From: the human T2T-CHM13v2.0 reference genome, Homo sapiens
Length of the DNA: 64,000 nt
Reading direction: 5' to 3' (one strand)
NCBI RefSeq assembly: GCF_009914755.1
Contig: NC_060945.1
Positions 14,503 to 28,984 of this stretch are shown here, one piece after another (positions within the stretch are counted from its first letter, which is position 1; every line of letters starts with the position of its first letter). Under the pieces are notes generated by a model. The model had not been told where the DNA came from. It worked only from the letters and a program-made list of their open reading frames with translations, and did not search any database. Position numbers and translations under genes: made by a program.

Positions 14503-14623
14503 AGTTTCTAGTTTGCTCCTTTCTTAACCTCCTTTGTGCTAGATGTTGCGATGACCTAGCCCTAGTCGGAAACTGATTCTTAGCTGTATTTGCATGTGCC
14601 AAAAAAAAAGAAGTGAAGTCCCC

Positions 14624-15144
<521 letters not shown>

Positions 15145-15234
15145 TGAATGTGATGCATTTGTATCTTGAGATATTTGCCCCAAAAACAGAAAAAAAGGAA
15201 TAATTCATTAAAACAAGATGACCTCAGATAAATG

Positions 15235-15441
15235 AGTGGTTTTCAAATGGGCGTGATTTTGCTCCCAGGGGACCTTTGACAATGTCTGGAAATAGTTTTT
15301 GTTGCCACAGCTAGCATGAGGGAGTCCTACTTGTATCTAGAGGACTGAGTCCAGGATACTGCTAACCATCCTGCCCAGAACAGTGCCTGCAACAGAGTTG
15401 TCCACCTCAGTGTGACAATAGCACTGAGATTGATGTGCCCT
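15235..15441 (+). mobile_element. MER20 (hAT-Charlie)
   Basis: agtggttttcaaa...ggcgtgattttgctcccaggggacctttgacaatgtctgga... Confidence 0.75.
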
Positions 15442-17369
15442 GGGATAGACAAGTCTCTGGACAGTTTGGGCAAATGTGAAGGGAGGCATGGTGCAGGGCC
15501 ACAGGTTTTTTTGCCACGTGATGCAAAAGAGCATAAGAGCTGGGAGGCCCTTATGCATGTTGATCTTCAATTTCCTCATTTGTGAAATGAAGCTTTTTGA
15601 TAGACCTCAAAGTTTTCATGTTATGTGAGCCTATTCACCCTTAAGCTGCTTTAACATTTGACTGAAGGTGAAAGTCTCTACTGTTCTGGAAGAACCTTCT
15701 GTTTCAGTAACCCACCTCCTCTTTTTAGTATAAGGCTAATAAACACCAGTATAAAGGAGGAATTGTTCACTAAGTTAATACAAATACAAAGTTAGCAGAA
15801 TGGGAGGAAGAAAGGTAAGTTACTCATCTTTAAATATAAAGATTAGTTTTTGGACACTGCTCATCTGAGACAGTTGCATATATTTACAAAATTCAAGCAG
15901 TCACAGTCCCTTCTAGAAAATGGGAAGCCGGGAAATACGGTTCCAAAATCTCTTTGCTTTACCAGAATGAAAATAATTTAACAAAGTAAAAGTATTTGAA
16001 CACAACTATTATTACATTAAGGAGTCACTGATGGTTTTCTTATCTTTGCTGGTGTTAGCTTGACTTTTTACTATTTCCAAAAGTTATATATTTGTGACTC
16101 AAAAGCAAGCATTTCCCTAGGTGTATATGTTGTAAGAAGATTTTTGTTAATTAGAACATGAAAATATTATCTACTTTTATAGCATGTCAGAGAAATCTTA
16201 TGTGAGAAGGTGGAATTTCTTATATTATCTGTCTCTTTTTTTTCAATAATTTGACAAATTTCCACCAATCTTATTTACCACTGCATATTATCTATATAAT
16301 GACCATTTAAGAATTTTCTATCTTCAAATATATTTGCAATATTCTTGCTATTAGCAATAATGACAATATTATAGAGCATAAAAACGAGCACAGAAGTATT
16401 ATGGTGTTATTAGTACTATAGCATTAGGGTGAGGGTGCTTGCTTTAGAGATAGAATTAAAATAAAATGTAACTCACATTATATTCTGTAATTGCTCTACT
16501 AAAGAATTTGTCATTTATGGGCCATTTATTTTGTGTAGACATGAAAAGAATGTGGTTACACCTAGCTAGAAAATGTATAACCTTTGATATGGGCAGGGCA
16601 TGTTTCTCTTTCTCATCCTGGTACCTGAGTTTGAGTGTATGATTAACTCAGTGCAAGTAAGGAGCTAAATAAAAGAGATCTGGAACTGAAATTCAATTCA
16701 ACAAAAATTTATTATACACTTAGCTGGTGCAGGGCCGAGCAACAGCAATAGAAGATGCAAAAATGACAAAGATAATGTGGTCCTAGCACATTTAGGGATG
16801 GATTGCACTAGATTGCCCTAGAGAATAGAGGCACAGGGAACTGATACAAGGCTAATAGAAAAGCATGTGCAAGGCAAGTCTAAGAGCAGCAGCATTTGAA
16901 AGAGAGTAACAGACTAAGAGGGATGGGAAAGACATAATGGGAGGTAGACTCCACAGGGCTTCAGATGGATTGCATGTGTGATTGAGGCAAGGAAGAGGAA
17001 GAGAAAGAACATTTAATGACCTCCTTCAGTGCCAGACTATACTAGGTGCTTTGTATAGGCTGTATTATTTTAAACACCTGAGAGACAGCTGTGATTGTCC
17101 CTTTTCTCCAATGTTGTATAATTTGTAGAAAGTTCTCAGAGCTGGGATTCAAGTGCAAAGTTTCATTCACTCATTAATTCATATAGTCAATATTTATTGA
17201 ATGTCCACGCTCTGCCAGGCATCCTGGAAGATACCAGGGACACAAAAGTGAACACTAGAAACAAGGGTTCTATTGGGTTCTCAAGGAACCCTTAGTCTAG
17301 TAAGGGAGGTAGATATTTATCTAAATACCCAAATGGGATAGTTTTAAAACATATCAAAAAATTTCCATA

Positions 17370-17815
17370 AGAGGTAGAGCCTAATTTCTCTCCCATTTAG
17401 TGTGGGTTGGACTTAAAGACATATTTTTAACAAATAGAGTCAAGCAGCAGTGACAACATCTGACTTCTAAGTCTAGGTCATGAAAGACATTGGAGCTTCC
17501 TTCCCACCTGCTGTCTCTTGGATCACTTGCCCTGGGGTGAGCCAGCTGCCACGGAGAAGCCCACAGGTAAGGAACTGACACCTTCGGCCAACAGCCACGT
17601 AAGTGAACTTGGAAGCAGATCTGCCAGCTCCAGGCAAGACTTCAAACGCTGCAGTCTGGCTGACATCTTGAGTGCAGCCTCATGAAAGTCTCTGAGTCAG
17701 AACCACCCAGCTGAACTGCCCCTGGTTCCCGATTCTCAGGAACTTTGAGGCAATAATACTGGTTTTAAGCTGCTAAGTTTGGGGTGATTTGTTTTGCAGC
17801 AATAAGTAATGAAGA
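17370..17815 (+). mobile_element. MLT1 (MaLR) LTR
   Basis: ggatcacttgccctggggtgagccagctgcc...gctaagtttggggtgatttgttttgcagcaata. Confidence 0.75.
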
Positions 17816-17879
17816 TAACCACAAAAATGAGATAAGTGACAAAATGTAGTTGATGAATGCACCTTAAAAACAGAATCTT

Positions 17880-18169
17880 GCCGGGTGCGGTGGCTCACGC
17901 CTGTAATCCCAGCAGTTTGGGAGGCTGAGGCAGGTGGATCACCTGAGGTCAGGAGTTCAAGACCAGCCTGGCCAACATGGTGAAACCCTGTCTTTACTAA
18001 ATATACAAAAATTAGCCGGGCGTGGTGGTGGGCACCTGTAATCCCAGCTACTCGGGAGGCTGAGGCAGGAGAATCGGTTGAATCCGGGAGGCAGAGTTTG
18101 CAGTGAGTTTGCACTCCAGCCTGGGCAACAAGAGTGAAACTTTGTCTCAAACAAACAAACAAACAAACA
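17880..18169 (+). mobile_element. AluS (Sq/Sp-like) with (AAAC)n tail
   Basis: Dimer with a degenerate TSD aaaaacagaatctt / aaacacggaatctt. Confidence 0.93.
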
Positions 18170-19163
18170 CGGAATCTTACTGAGATAGGGAGTCTGGGAT
18201 GGCTGCTTAGTGTAGTGTCTACTGAGCTAAGATCTAATGGATGAGTAAGAACTAAAGAGGCAAAGAAGGCAGGTGGAGGAAGACAACCTAGACAGAGTGA
18301 AAACACATGCAAAGGCCCTGTGGCATGCTCAAAGACCTGAAGAAAGGCCAGGATGGCTGAGCATGAAGGGGTAGGGAGAATATAGTATTAGGTAGTATAG
18401 TATAAGGTAAGGTTGTAGAATAGGTCAAGAACTTGAAGATCACATTAAGAATGTTGGCCTAAAAGCAAAGATAAGCCATTGGAGAATTTTAAGCATATTA
18501 CAGGGGTAACATTACCTAACTTAAGTTGCTTAGAGTGCTATATAGGGTTATTTATACTATACATATTTAGGTAGACAGATAGTAGAAAGATGATAGGGTT
18601 CTTTAGATGGGGTTGTTATACACATTTTACTTGCGATGTCCTCTGTGGTTGTTATTATTTTGTATTACAAGAAGGGAAACCCCTCAGATTGCACCCTCTC
18701 TCTCTTACTTTCCCAGAGGAAGAGCGGAACAGTTCTCAATGGCAAATGGAAGTTGCAGTGAAGCAGCACCCGGAGCCAGTGTCAGGCTCCCGAGAGAGCG
18801 CTGCACCGCCGCATGTGGTTTCTGGTGCTCTACATGTTCGGAGAAACTTATCTGGTAGTGAGCTATAGAAACAATCCCTGCAAGCGTCGTCTTTATAAGG
18901 TCATTTTAATGACTATTTTTCTCCTCAGGAAATAGGTAAGCCCTCAGCAGTATCAAATAGCCTGGCAGAATAAAAGGCTGATTGAGTCGGCCTCCGCTGT
19001 GACCATTAACATATTTAATTTGGTGACACCAAATAATCCTGCCTTTTATGAAAATGTCTACAATCTGTCTTGTTTTTTACCACTTTAGAGTTGACAAACT
19101 CCATGTTGGAACAGAGTATTCTTAAACAGAACCCTTAAAACCATATTTTTCACCTCTCTGTTT

Positions 19164-19164
<1 letters not shown>

Positions 19165-19219
<55 letters not shown>
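19165..19219. repeat. (TATC)n tetranucleotide STR
   Basis: About 13 perfect units replacing the tail of the adjacent AluJ. Confidence 0.95.
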
Positions 19220-19817
19220 TGAGACAGGGTCTTGCTCTGTCACCCAGGCTGGAGTGCAGTCGTGTGATCACGGTTCTCTGCAGCCTCGATCTCCTGGGCT
19301 CTAGCTATCCTCCCAAGTAGCTCAGATTACAGGAATGCACCATGAGGCCCAGTTATTTTAAAAAATATTTTGTAGAGATGAGGGTCTCTCTTGTTGGCCC
19401 AGGCTGGTCTTGAACTCCTGGGCTCAAGCAATCCTCCTGCCTTATCCTTCGAAAGTGCTGGAATTACAGGCGTGAGCCACCACACCTGGTCTATTATTAT
19501 TATTTTATTATTATTATTATTTTTAATTTGAGATGGAGATGGAGTCTCTCTCTGTTGCCCAGGCTGGATTGCACTGGTGCGTTCTCAGCTCACTGCAACC
19601 TCCCCCTCCCGGGTTCAAGCAATTCTCCTGTCTCAGCCTCCTGAGTAGCTGGGATTACAGACATATACCACCATGCCCAGTTAGTTTTTTGTATTTTTAG
19701 TAGAGACGGGGTTTCTCCATGTTGGTCAGGCTGGTCTCGAACTCCCGACCTCAGGTGATCCGCCTGCCTCGGCCTCCCAAAGTGCTGGGATTACAGGTGT
19801 GAGCCACTGTGCCCAGC
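19220..19817 (-). mobile_element. Tandem Alus: AluJ (19220-19491) and AluS (19492-19817)
   Basis: Two minus-strand dimers. The second has a (TTA)n tail. Confidence 0.92.
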
Positions 19818-21301
19818 CCCTCTTATTTTTAAAGAATGAGAATAATCTGAGCTGGGAATGCAGCTCACATCACACATGAACATAGAAAGGGAAATGCACA
19901 AAGTGCGAGATGAAATCACTCACAAAGCTGATAGCATGAACTTCTAGATTCCCTGAATACCCTTCCAGTTCTAATTTCCTATGTTTTAATTCACTGGGAA
20001 TATATTCCTTAATTTCTCATAATTACAAACAAATGCTCCCTAGAAGAAAAATTTATGCTTAAGAGAGTATTCGGTTCCAGTGTTAAAATCATATCCTTTC
20101 ATTTTTCTCTGAAACTTTGAAAATGTCTCTGTTCAGTCCTTTGTGTGTACTTCTCAGGCAGTACTGAAGACAGAGAGATAAAAGGGGCGGTGCTGACACA
20201 CGTAGATGACTGGGGCTCTGACAATGACCGTGAGCTGATGACCTGAGTCACACAAACTGGAAAACAAAGTTTTTCCCTAAGGAGTTGGACTTTTAAAAAC
20301 TTTTTATTGGCTGCTTTTGGATTAAGGTGTTTAGGACCAGCATTATGAGCAGAAGGACTCAGTGTGTATGAAGAAGAAACCAAGTTTTTCTACAGCAGAA
20401 GAGGAGGAATTTGCCTTTGCAAAATGTTATACTGTTTTATCTGTCGCTGAACGTGTCTGGGCAGTGGCTGTTCTCCCAGGTCTGAGTCCTGAAAAGGGAA
20501 AGAGAAAGAGATTGTAGGACACGGTGAAATGATACACGAAACAGCGTTTCCCCAGCTTCTTATTTGCCTGCACATTTCTCATAAATGGAGTAAATGCTGA
20601 ACAAGCTGACTTTCTCCCATCATTCCTGTAAATAAGGATATGACTCACAGACCTTGCAATCTCTAAAATGCCATAGATACTACAGTGATTTGATTATTTA
20701 AAAATAGCTGGGGAAAAAAACAGCAAGAAATTGGTCCTGGGTAAGTTAGGATGAATTCTTTTCTGTTTGTTTTTGTTTATCATTTAAATTGTTATTGTAT
20801 CTCACCCTAAGTATTCTGACAACATCTAGTTTGCCAAACAAATCTTAGGGATTTATGAGTTCTGGAAACTAACAATATGAACGTGCTGGTCAGATCTCAG
20901 ATCCCAGGCAAATAAACCCAAAAAACAAAAAACAAAAGACAACAAGACACAAGGTTCACCATGGAGTCACTGTGATCTGCGGGCAACTATGGATTTGGTT
21001 ATATGATCTCCTTTTCTATAAAGTGGAGAGAGATAAGTGTTGACATCACTTAAATACGCTGAGCCCCACCCCCAAATAACACAAATGCTGGTAACAACAA
21101 TAATTTATATTAAGCCTACTGAACGGCTTTTGTTGATCTTTAACTAGCCTATCTAGAAATGGGAAACGAGTGACCTCTATTATTACTCAAGTGCTAAAAC
21201 TCCCCAAGTAGGACTGTTTGTCAAAACTAGGAGTGAGTTTGAGATTCAGGATTAAGGTTCAAGTAGGGAATCTCCATTTACCCTGCATCTCAGTCTTACA
21301 C

Positions 21302-22120
<819 letters not shown>

Positions 22121-22231
22121 TGATTTTAATCATGGGATCTTGCCTAGTGGTAAAGCCCCATTAAATGTCTGGAAATCTGAATCAGAAGGATCAGCAACTG
22201 TTCTTCCCTAGGAATGGATCAAAGGTAGGTC

Positions 22232-22674
22232 CTATGGATACGGCTTGTCTGTCCCCACCAAAACTCATGTTGAAATTTGATCACGAATATGGTGGTGTTG
22301 AGAGGTGGGGTCTAGTGGGAGGTGTTTGGGCCAGGAGCATGGCCTTATGAATAATGCAGTTTTCCAGGTAGTGAGTTCTTGCTTTCGTGAGACTGCATTA
22401 GTTCTTGTGGGAATGGATTAGTTCCCTAAAGTGTGAGTTATTATAAAGCAAAGTTCCTGTTCCTGTTTGATCCTCTCTCTTCTCACTTGTCTGCTTCCCC
22501 TTTGACCTACTCTGCCCTGCAATGTTATGACACAGAAGAATGCCCTCACCAGAAGCCATGGCCATACTTTTGAACTTCTCACCCTGCAGAACCGTGGACT
22601 AGATACACTTCTTTCCTTTGTAAATTACCCAGTCTCATGTATTCTGTTATAGCAAGACAAAATGGACTAAGACA
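22232..22674 (+). mobile_element. MST-family MaLR LTR
   Basis: ctatggatacggcttgtctgtccccaccaaaactcatgttgaaa...aaattacccagtctc...aatggactaagaca. Confidence 0.8.
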
Positions 22675-22675
22675 G

Positions 22676-22855
22676 TAGGGTTGCCAGGGAAAAGACAGGC
22701 ATCCAGTTAAAATTGAATTTCAGAAATTAGATAAACTTTTTTTTTCAGTATAAGTATATCCCAAATATTGCATGGGAGGTACTTAAAGAGTTGTTGTTCA
22801 TTTGAAATTCAATTTTAACTGGGCATCCCGTATTTTTATAAATATGGTAATTCTA
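22676..22855. mobile_element. MER53 palindromic MITE
   Basis: tagggttgccag...ccagttaaaattgaatttcag...tgaaattcaattttaactggg...; internal inverted symmetry. Confidence 0.85.
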
Positions 22856-23245
22856 AGGGCACTTCCTTCTCACTAAAGATACTAGAATTAGAATTTGAAT
22901 ATGGTATAGCATTTCTGAAACCTTGTTCTTTCAACACCAATTTTTGAAATGTTAAGTATTTCCAAACAAATGAACAAAAAAACAAACTAAACACTGTTTC
23001 ATAGTCAAAGAAGTTAAAAAAACAGTGGATTAAAATAAAGTTAAATAGTTCTCACAGCTTTAGGATTTCTCCTGGGACTTAATGCTAACATGCATTGTGA
23101 CAACAATGATAGTGTTTTTCCTTGCTTTATTTGAAAACCATCACAACAAAGAAACGGCCCAATATTCTTCTGTTTCAGTGTGACCATAGGTTTCCATTGA
23201 AATGCAGTTTAAATTTTAAAAAGTCATTTTGGTGTCTATTATGTT

Positions 23246-23289
23246 AAAGTAAAATTTTACTATTACCAAAGTAAAATTTTACTATTACC
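23246..23289. repeat. Perfect 22-bp tandem duplication
   Basis: aaagtaaaattttactattacc occurs twice in a row. Confidence 0.95.
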
Positions 23290-24042
23290 TCAATCTTGCT
23301 TTAAGACTAAATTTATATTTATAAAGATGTTTTAAAGCTCTCTATAAATGTTTGCAAAGTAATAGCATTGTATTTAATAAGCTATTAAATTGTTCACTTG
23401 ATACTGGTTTTGCTAAGCTTAATATGAAGAATCAATTAAAACCAAATTATCATCTAAGCAGGGACAATCCTAGATTATTCAGAGAGAAAAATGAGGATAA
23501 AAACATTAGCTCTGTCTGCTTCTCAAGGTTATTTTTGGAAAGAAATGAAGTAATGTTGTGAAAGGCTGTGCAAATATTACTGCAAGGATACAAATTACCC
23601 TCCCTGTAGAGTGGATGGGCTTTTCACAATTTTCTCCCTTTCTGGTCATACGTATTTTATCTAATTTGTTGTCCAGTCTGTAATTCTACCCTGTTGTGTG
23701 CAGTGGGAGTGAAAGGGAGGTACATGAATTAGGATTAGAATTGCTTGTGAAGGACAGAAACCTGCCAAATAACGGTGCCTTAAACAAGGTGGAAGTTTCC
23801 TTTTCTCTCATGCAAAAGACTGGGATGTGTAGTCCTGGGCTGAAATAGAGGCTCTTCTCCATCAAATCTCCAAGGCTTCAAACTTCTTTGCCATTATTGA
23901 GCAATGTTTCTCAATCTCATGGTCCAAGATGGCGGTATATATATTCCAGGCAACCAGAGAAGGAAGGAACAAAGAAGTGGCTGAGGCAGTGGGGTGGCTG
24001 GCTGTCCTGGAAGCTGGCACAAGATGCTTTCAGTTACATGCT

Positions 24043-24481
24043 TGAAATGGTTAATTTTATGTATCAAGTTGACTGGGCCACAGGATGCCCAGATATTTGG
24101 TCAACCAGTATTCTGCATATGTCTGTGAGAGTATTTTTGGATGCGAATAACGATTGAATCGGCAGACTGAAAAAAGCATATTTTCCATCCTAATGTGGGT
24201 GGGCCTCATCCAATCTACTAAAGACCTGAAGAGAACAAAAGGTTGACCCTCCTACAAGTAAGAGAGAACTCCTCCTGCCTGACTGCCTTGACCCTGAGAC
24301 ATGGGCTCTTTTTTGCCTTCAGTCTCAAACTAAAATATTGGTCTCTTCCTGGATCTTGAGCCTGCCAGCCTTTGGATTGGAACTACACCATGGCTCTTCT
24401 GGGCCTCCTGCTTGCTGGCTGCAGATTTTGGTACCTGTCAGCCTTCATAATCTCATGAGTCAATTCCTTATTGTATATTGA

Positions 24482-24537
<56 letters not shown>

Positions 24538-24593
24538 ATTGATAACCTCTCTATCTATTGGTTCTGTTTCTCTGGACAATGCTGACTAATACA
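24043..24593 (+). mobile_element. MLT2 (ERVL) solo LTR containing a (TATC)n STR at ~24483-24537, nested in an older MLT1-like element
   Basis: tgaaatggttaattttatgtatcaagttgactgggc...ctattggttctgtttctctgg...ctaataca. 5-bp TSD atgct/atcct. Confidence 0.85.
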
Positions 24594-25522
24594 ATCCTAT
24601 TGTCTGGAACTTAGTATGCAAGAAAGAGAGTGAGTATATGGGGTGAAATGTATAGGAGTGGAGCTAAAAGACTTTGCTGCAGGAGAGGAGTTCAAGTCAT
24701 TGAGGGCAGTTATGAGTCAGCAATAATGTTGGTGCAGTATTTTATTTCAGGAGTCAATTAAAAGTATTGTCATTTTAGCAGTTTATGTCTTCCATTTATC
24801 AAATTGAGTATAGTGCCTTCCTCTGTCCTACCAGATGAAAGTTTATGAAAGATACTAATCATTTCCAAATTCCTTCATTTTTACTATCTATCCAGATTAT
24901 TTTAAATACAGTATCTCTATAAATAGCACTTTGTCCATTGATATATGTTTGTGTTTACATGATTGTGTGTGTGTGTGTGTGTGTGCACGTGCAAAACATG
25001 GAAATAGGATATTTGGTCTACCTTAATCCCTGGAATGGAAGTAATGGTGATTACTTTTGTATAGCAAGTAATAAACTCCCAAATGGTTGGCATTTCCTTT
25101 TTCTTATACTAGACAGAGTCAAAGGTGAAGGATGATAAAGAAAAGTTTTGACAATAGTGCCAAATTACCTTCCTCAGTTCCTAGATTGGGGATTTTCAAT
25201 CTAGGGGCAGATGTCACTATAATATAAGAGGTCTAGTCCTTGATTTCAGAAGCAGCTATCCAAGCTCTTATAAGAACTGATGATAGGAACTTGTCTCTCT
25301 TCTCAAGTTCTGTACAACAACCACTTATCCATAGCTCTTGATGGTTACTGCTCAGCCATTTCTTGCCAGCTGTTCTTTCCATGTGCAGGGAGAGCACGGG
25401 AGTATGGAGCCTCAGTTTGGTTTGCTATTGTCAGGACATCAAACTAATCATTAGGTAGAAAGTTGAATAAACATTTACTTTTGACTTTTAAATGCTTACT
25501 TCAGAAAGTTTTACTTAGCGGC

Positions 25523-25697
25523 AAGACCAACTACATAATTTGCGGGGCCCAGTGCAGTGTGAAAATTTGGGGTCCATTTTTGCAAAAAATATTAAGAATC
25601 TCAAGATAGTGACAGAGCTTTAAGGCCAATTCAGGCTCCTCCTGCGTGCAGGACTCTGTGTAACTACACAGGTAGCACAGCTAGGATGCAGACGCTG
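25523..25697 (+). mobile_element. MER91-like hAT element
   Basis: ctacataatttgcggggcccagtgcagtgtgaaaatttgggg...tattaagaat. Confidence 0.6.
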
Positions 25698-26237
25698 CTC
25701 AATGTTATACATTTAGTACTTTGATGTCCCTGAATTCCTTACAAAACTCTTACTTCCTCCCCTCCCCACCCAAGTCCCCAGCTCTTCTGTTTTTTTCCAA
25801 AACTTTACTTGTGTACAACACTATGAAACATGACAGGGTCTGATGAGAAAGTATTAATTGGCTTTAACCTAGTTTTTTTTCATTTTTATTTCTGAATATC
25901 AGCACTCATAGCCCTTTTCCCTATTTTCTGACTTACCCTAATACAACTCCATATCGTACAAAGCTTCATAGTCCTGTATATGCATGTGGTGAACATTTGT
26001 GTGGCTATTTGCAGCTGATGGATTAGTATCCATAAGTTGAGAGGATTCTTCAAAGGTCCTGAGATTGAATATGAAAAAATGACCTGTAAGAATTAAGTCA
26101 TCCACATGTAGCACAGATGGACGAATTACCAAGGGAGATGGCATATATCTGGATCACAAAAGACTTATAAGGCAAATTAAAGGCATGTATTCTCATCAAA
26201 GTAACCTCTGATTGCTTTATTTCCTGGAATACTCTAT

Positions 26238-26725
26238 TATCGGTGTCAGGGTTCTCCAGAGAAACAAAATCAATAGGATGTATATAAATTTCCTGTATGG
26301 AATATGGTTTGGTTATGTAGGAAGTGCAGAAGGATGAGTGAGTGGAATTACATGTGAGGAATTGGCTCCCATGATTATGAAAGTGGGCAAGTTCAAAGAT
26401 CTGGAGGTGAGTCAGCAAGCTTGGCTAGAGACCCACTTGGCAGGCTCAAGACTGAGGAGGAGCTGATGTCCCAGTTTGAAGGTAGCCAGGCAGCAAGAAT
26501 TCTCTCTTACTTAGGGGACAGTAGTCTTTTTGTTTTATTCAGGCCTTCAAATGATTGGATGAGGCCTGCGCACACTGGAAAGGCCAATCTGTTTTATTTG
26601 GTCTGCCTGTTTAAATGCCAGTCTCACTCAACAACACTCCCAAGAAACACCCACAATAATGTTTGACCGAATACCTGGAGACCCCATGGCCCAGTCAAGT
26701 TGACACATGAAATTAAGGTACCACA
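26238..26725 (-). mobile_element. MLT2 (ERVL) solo LTR
   Basis: gtcagggttctccagagaaacaaaatcaatagg...ccagtcaagttgacacatgaaattaa...caca. Confidence 0.85.
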
Positions 26726-26984
26726 GATATCCTATTGTCACAAACTCTGTATAGCACTTAAAATTCCTGGTTTCATGCTTGGTACAGAAAGTTAGCTACT
26801 GTTCATCATTTGTTTAATTCTACACGTGGCCATAACTTAAGATTAATTATAACAAAGTTTAATTAGAACGAAAGATGTAATTAGATGTAAATTCTTGCAT
26901 CAAGTGGTTGCTTTGTGCTAGGCACAGGTTAGGACTGCAAAGATGACTACAAATGGCTGATTACTACAAAGGACATTGTAGTAA

Positions 26985-27464
<480 letters not shown>

Positions 27465-28134
27465 TAGGAAATGCAGAAGACTGAGTGAGTGGAATTACTC
27501 AAAAGTGGATCAGAAAGCAGTTATGGTCATAGACATCAGCCTCAGTGGGGCAACAGGAGTTGGAAGGAGTAAACTGAGGGAAAAAATCAGTAGAATACTG
27601 GATGGAGCAGACAGAGTGAGACTGAATGGGAGAAGGGTGAGGTGGGCTGAGACAGCTGGTCACATTCAGCTCTAAATTCTTGAAGAAGTAGTTTAGACTA
27701 CACCAAGGATGGGGGATAAAACCCAGCCTAGAGCTCAGAGAAGGTGGATGTGGCACGGGAAATAAGAATTGTCATTGTTGAATTCCTTGAGAAAAAAATG
27801 TGAAGAAGAGGCTTGAGGCCTCAAAGACATTGCATGCATGAGTCAGAACAAGCTTGAACTACAAGGAAGATTTGATTAATGAATCAAATATTAATGCCAC
27901 ATTTTCTCTTATTTCAAGTGTTTTTTTTTCCAACTATTATCTCTGTGTAGAATGTCTTCGCTCTCTGCCATCACCTTATTATTAATAACTCCTATTAACT
28001 CTTAGGTCTCAGCCTTGCTGTTACTTCCTCCCCAGAAGTCTCCTTTAACCCCTAAAGACTGGGCTTGGTGCTTTTCTCCTGTGTTCTCAAGTCACCCTAC
28101 TCTAGAACTATGTCACTGATTTAAATTGCTTTCT

Positions 28135-28506
<372 letters not shown>

Positions 28507-28806
28507 CTATTTCTTGTTTAAAGTCGTATCCCCAGAAACTATAAGCTTAGTAGATATTTGCTATGTGAAAGAAGGAATGAAAGAATGAATGAGGACTTGA
28601 TTCCTGTACTCCCAACAACATTTAAGACACTGTGCTGAGTATTCAGTAAGGAAGCATCAGGAAGGGTGAGGTAGAGGTGGTAGTGAAACCAAAAAATTGA
28701 ACACTGTTCCTGGCTTCAGAGAACATGTAGTCTATTAACAATTGTGAATAATGGTGTAATACAAGACACATGACATAATACAGTACTACAACACAAGACA
28801 AGAGAA

Positions 28807-28984
28807 TAGGATTGCCATATTTAGCAAATAAAAATACAGGATGCCCAGTTAAATTTGAATTTCAGGTAAGCAACAAATAGTATGTATATATCTCATGGAC
28901 TATTTGGGAGATACTAATACTAAAAATTATTCATTGCTTTTTAAAATTCAAATTTGATTGGATAGCCTATATTTTAGCAACCCT
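28807..28984. mobile_element. MER53 palindromic MITE
   Basis: taggattgccatatttagcaaataaaaatacaggatgcccagttaaatttgaatttcag...aaattcaaatttga...gcaaccct. Confidence 0.85.
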
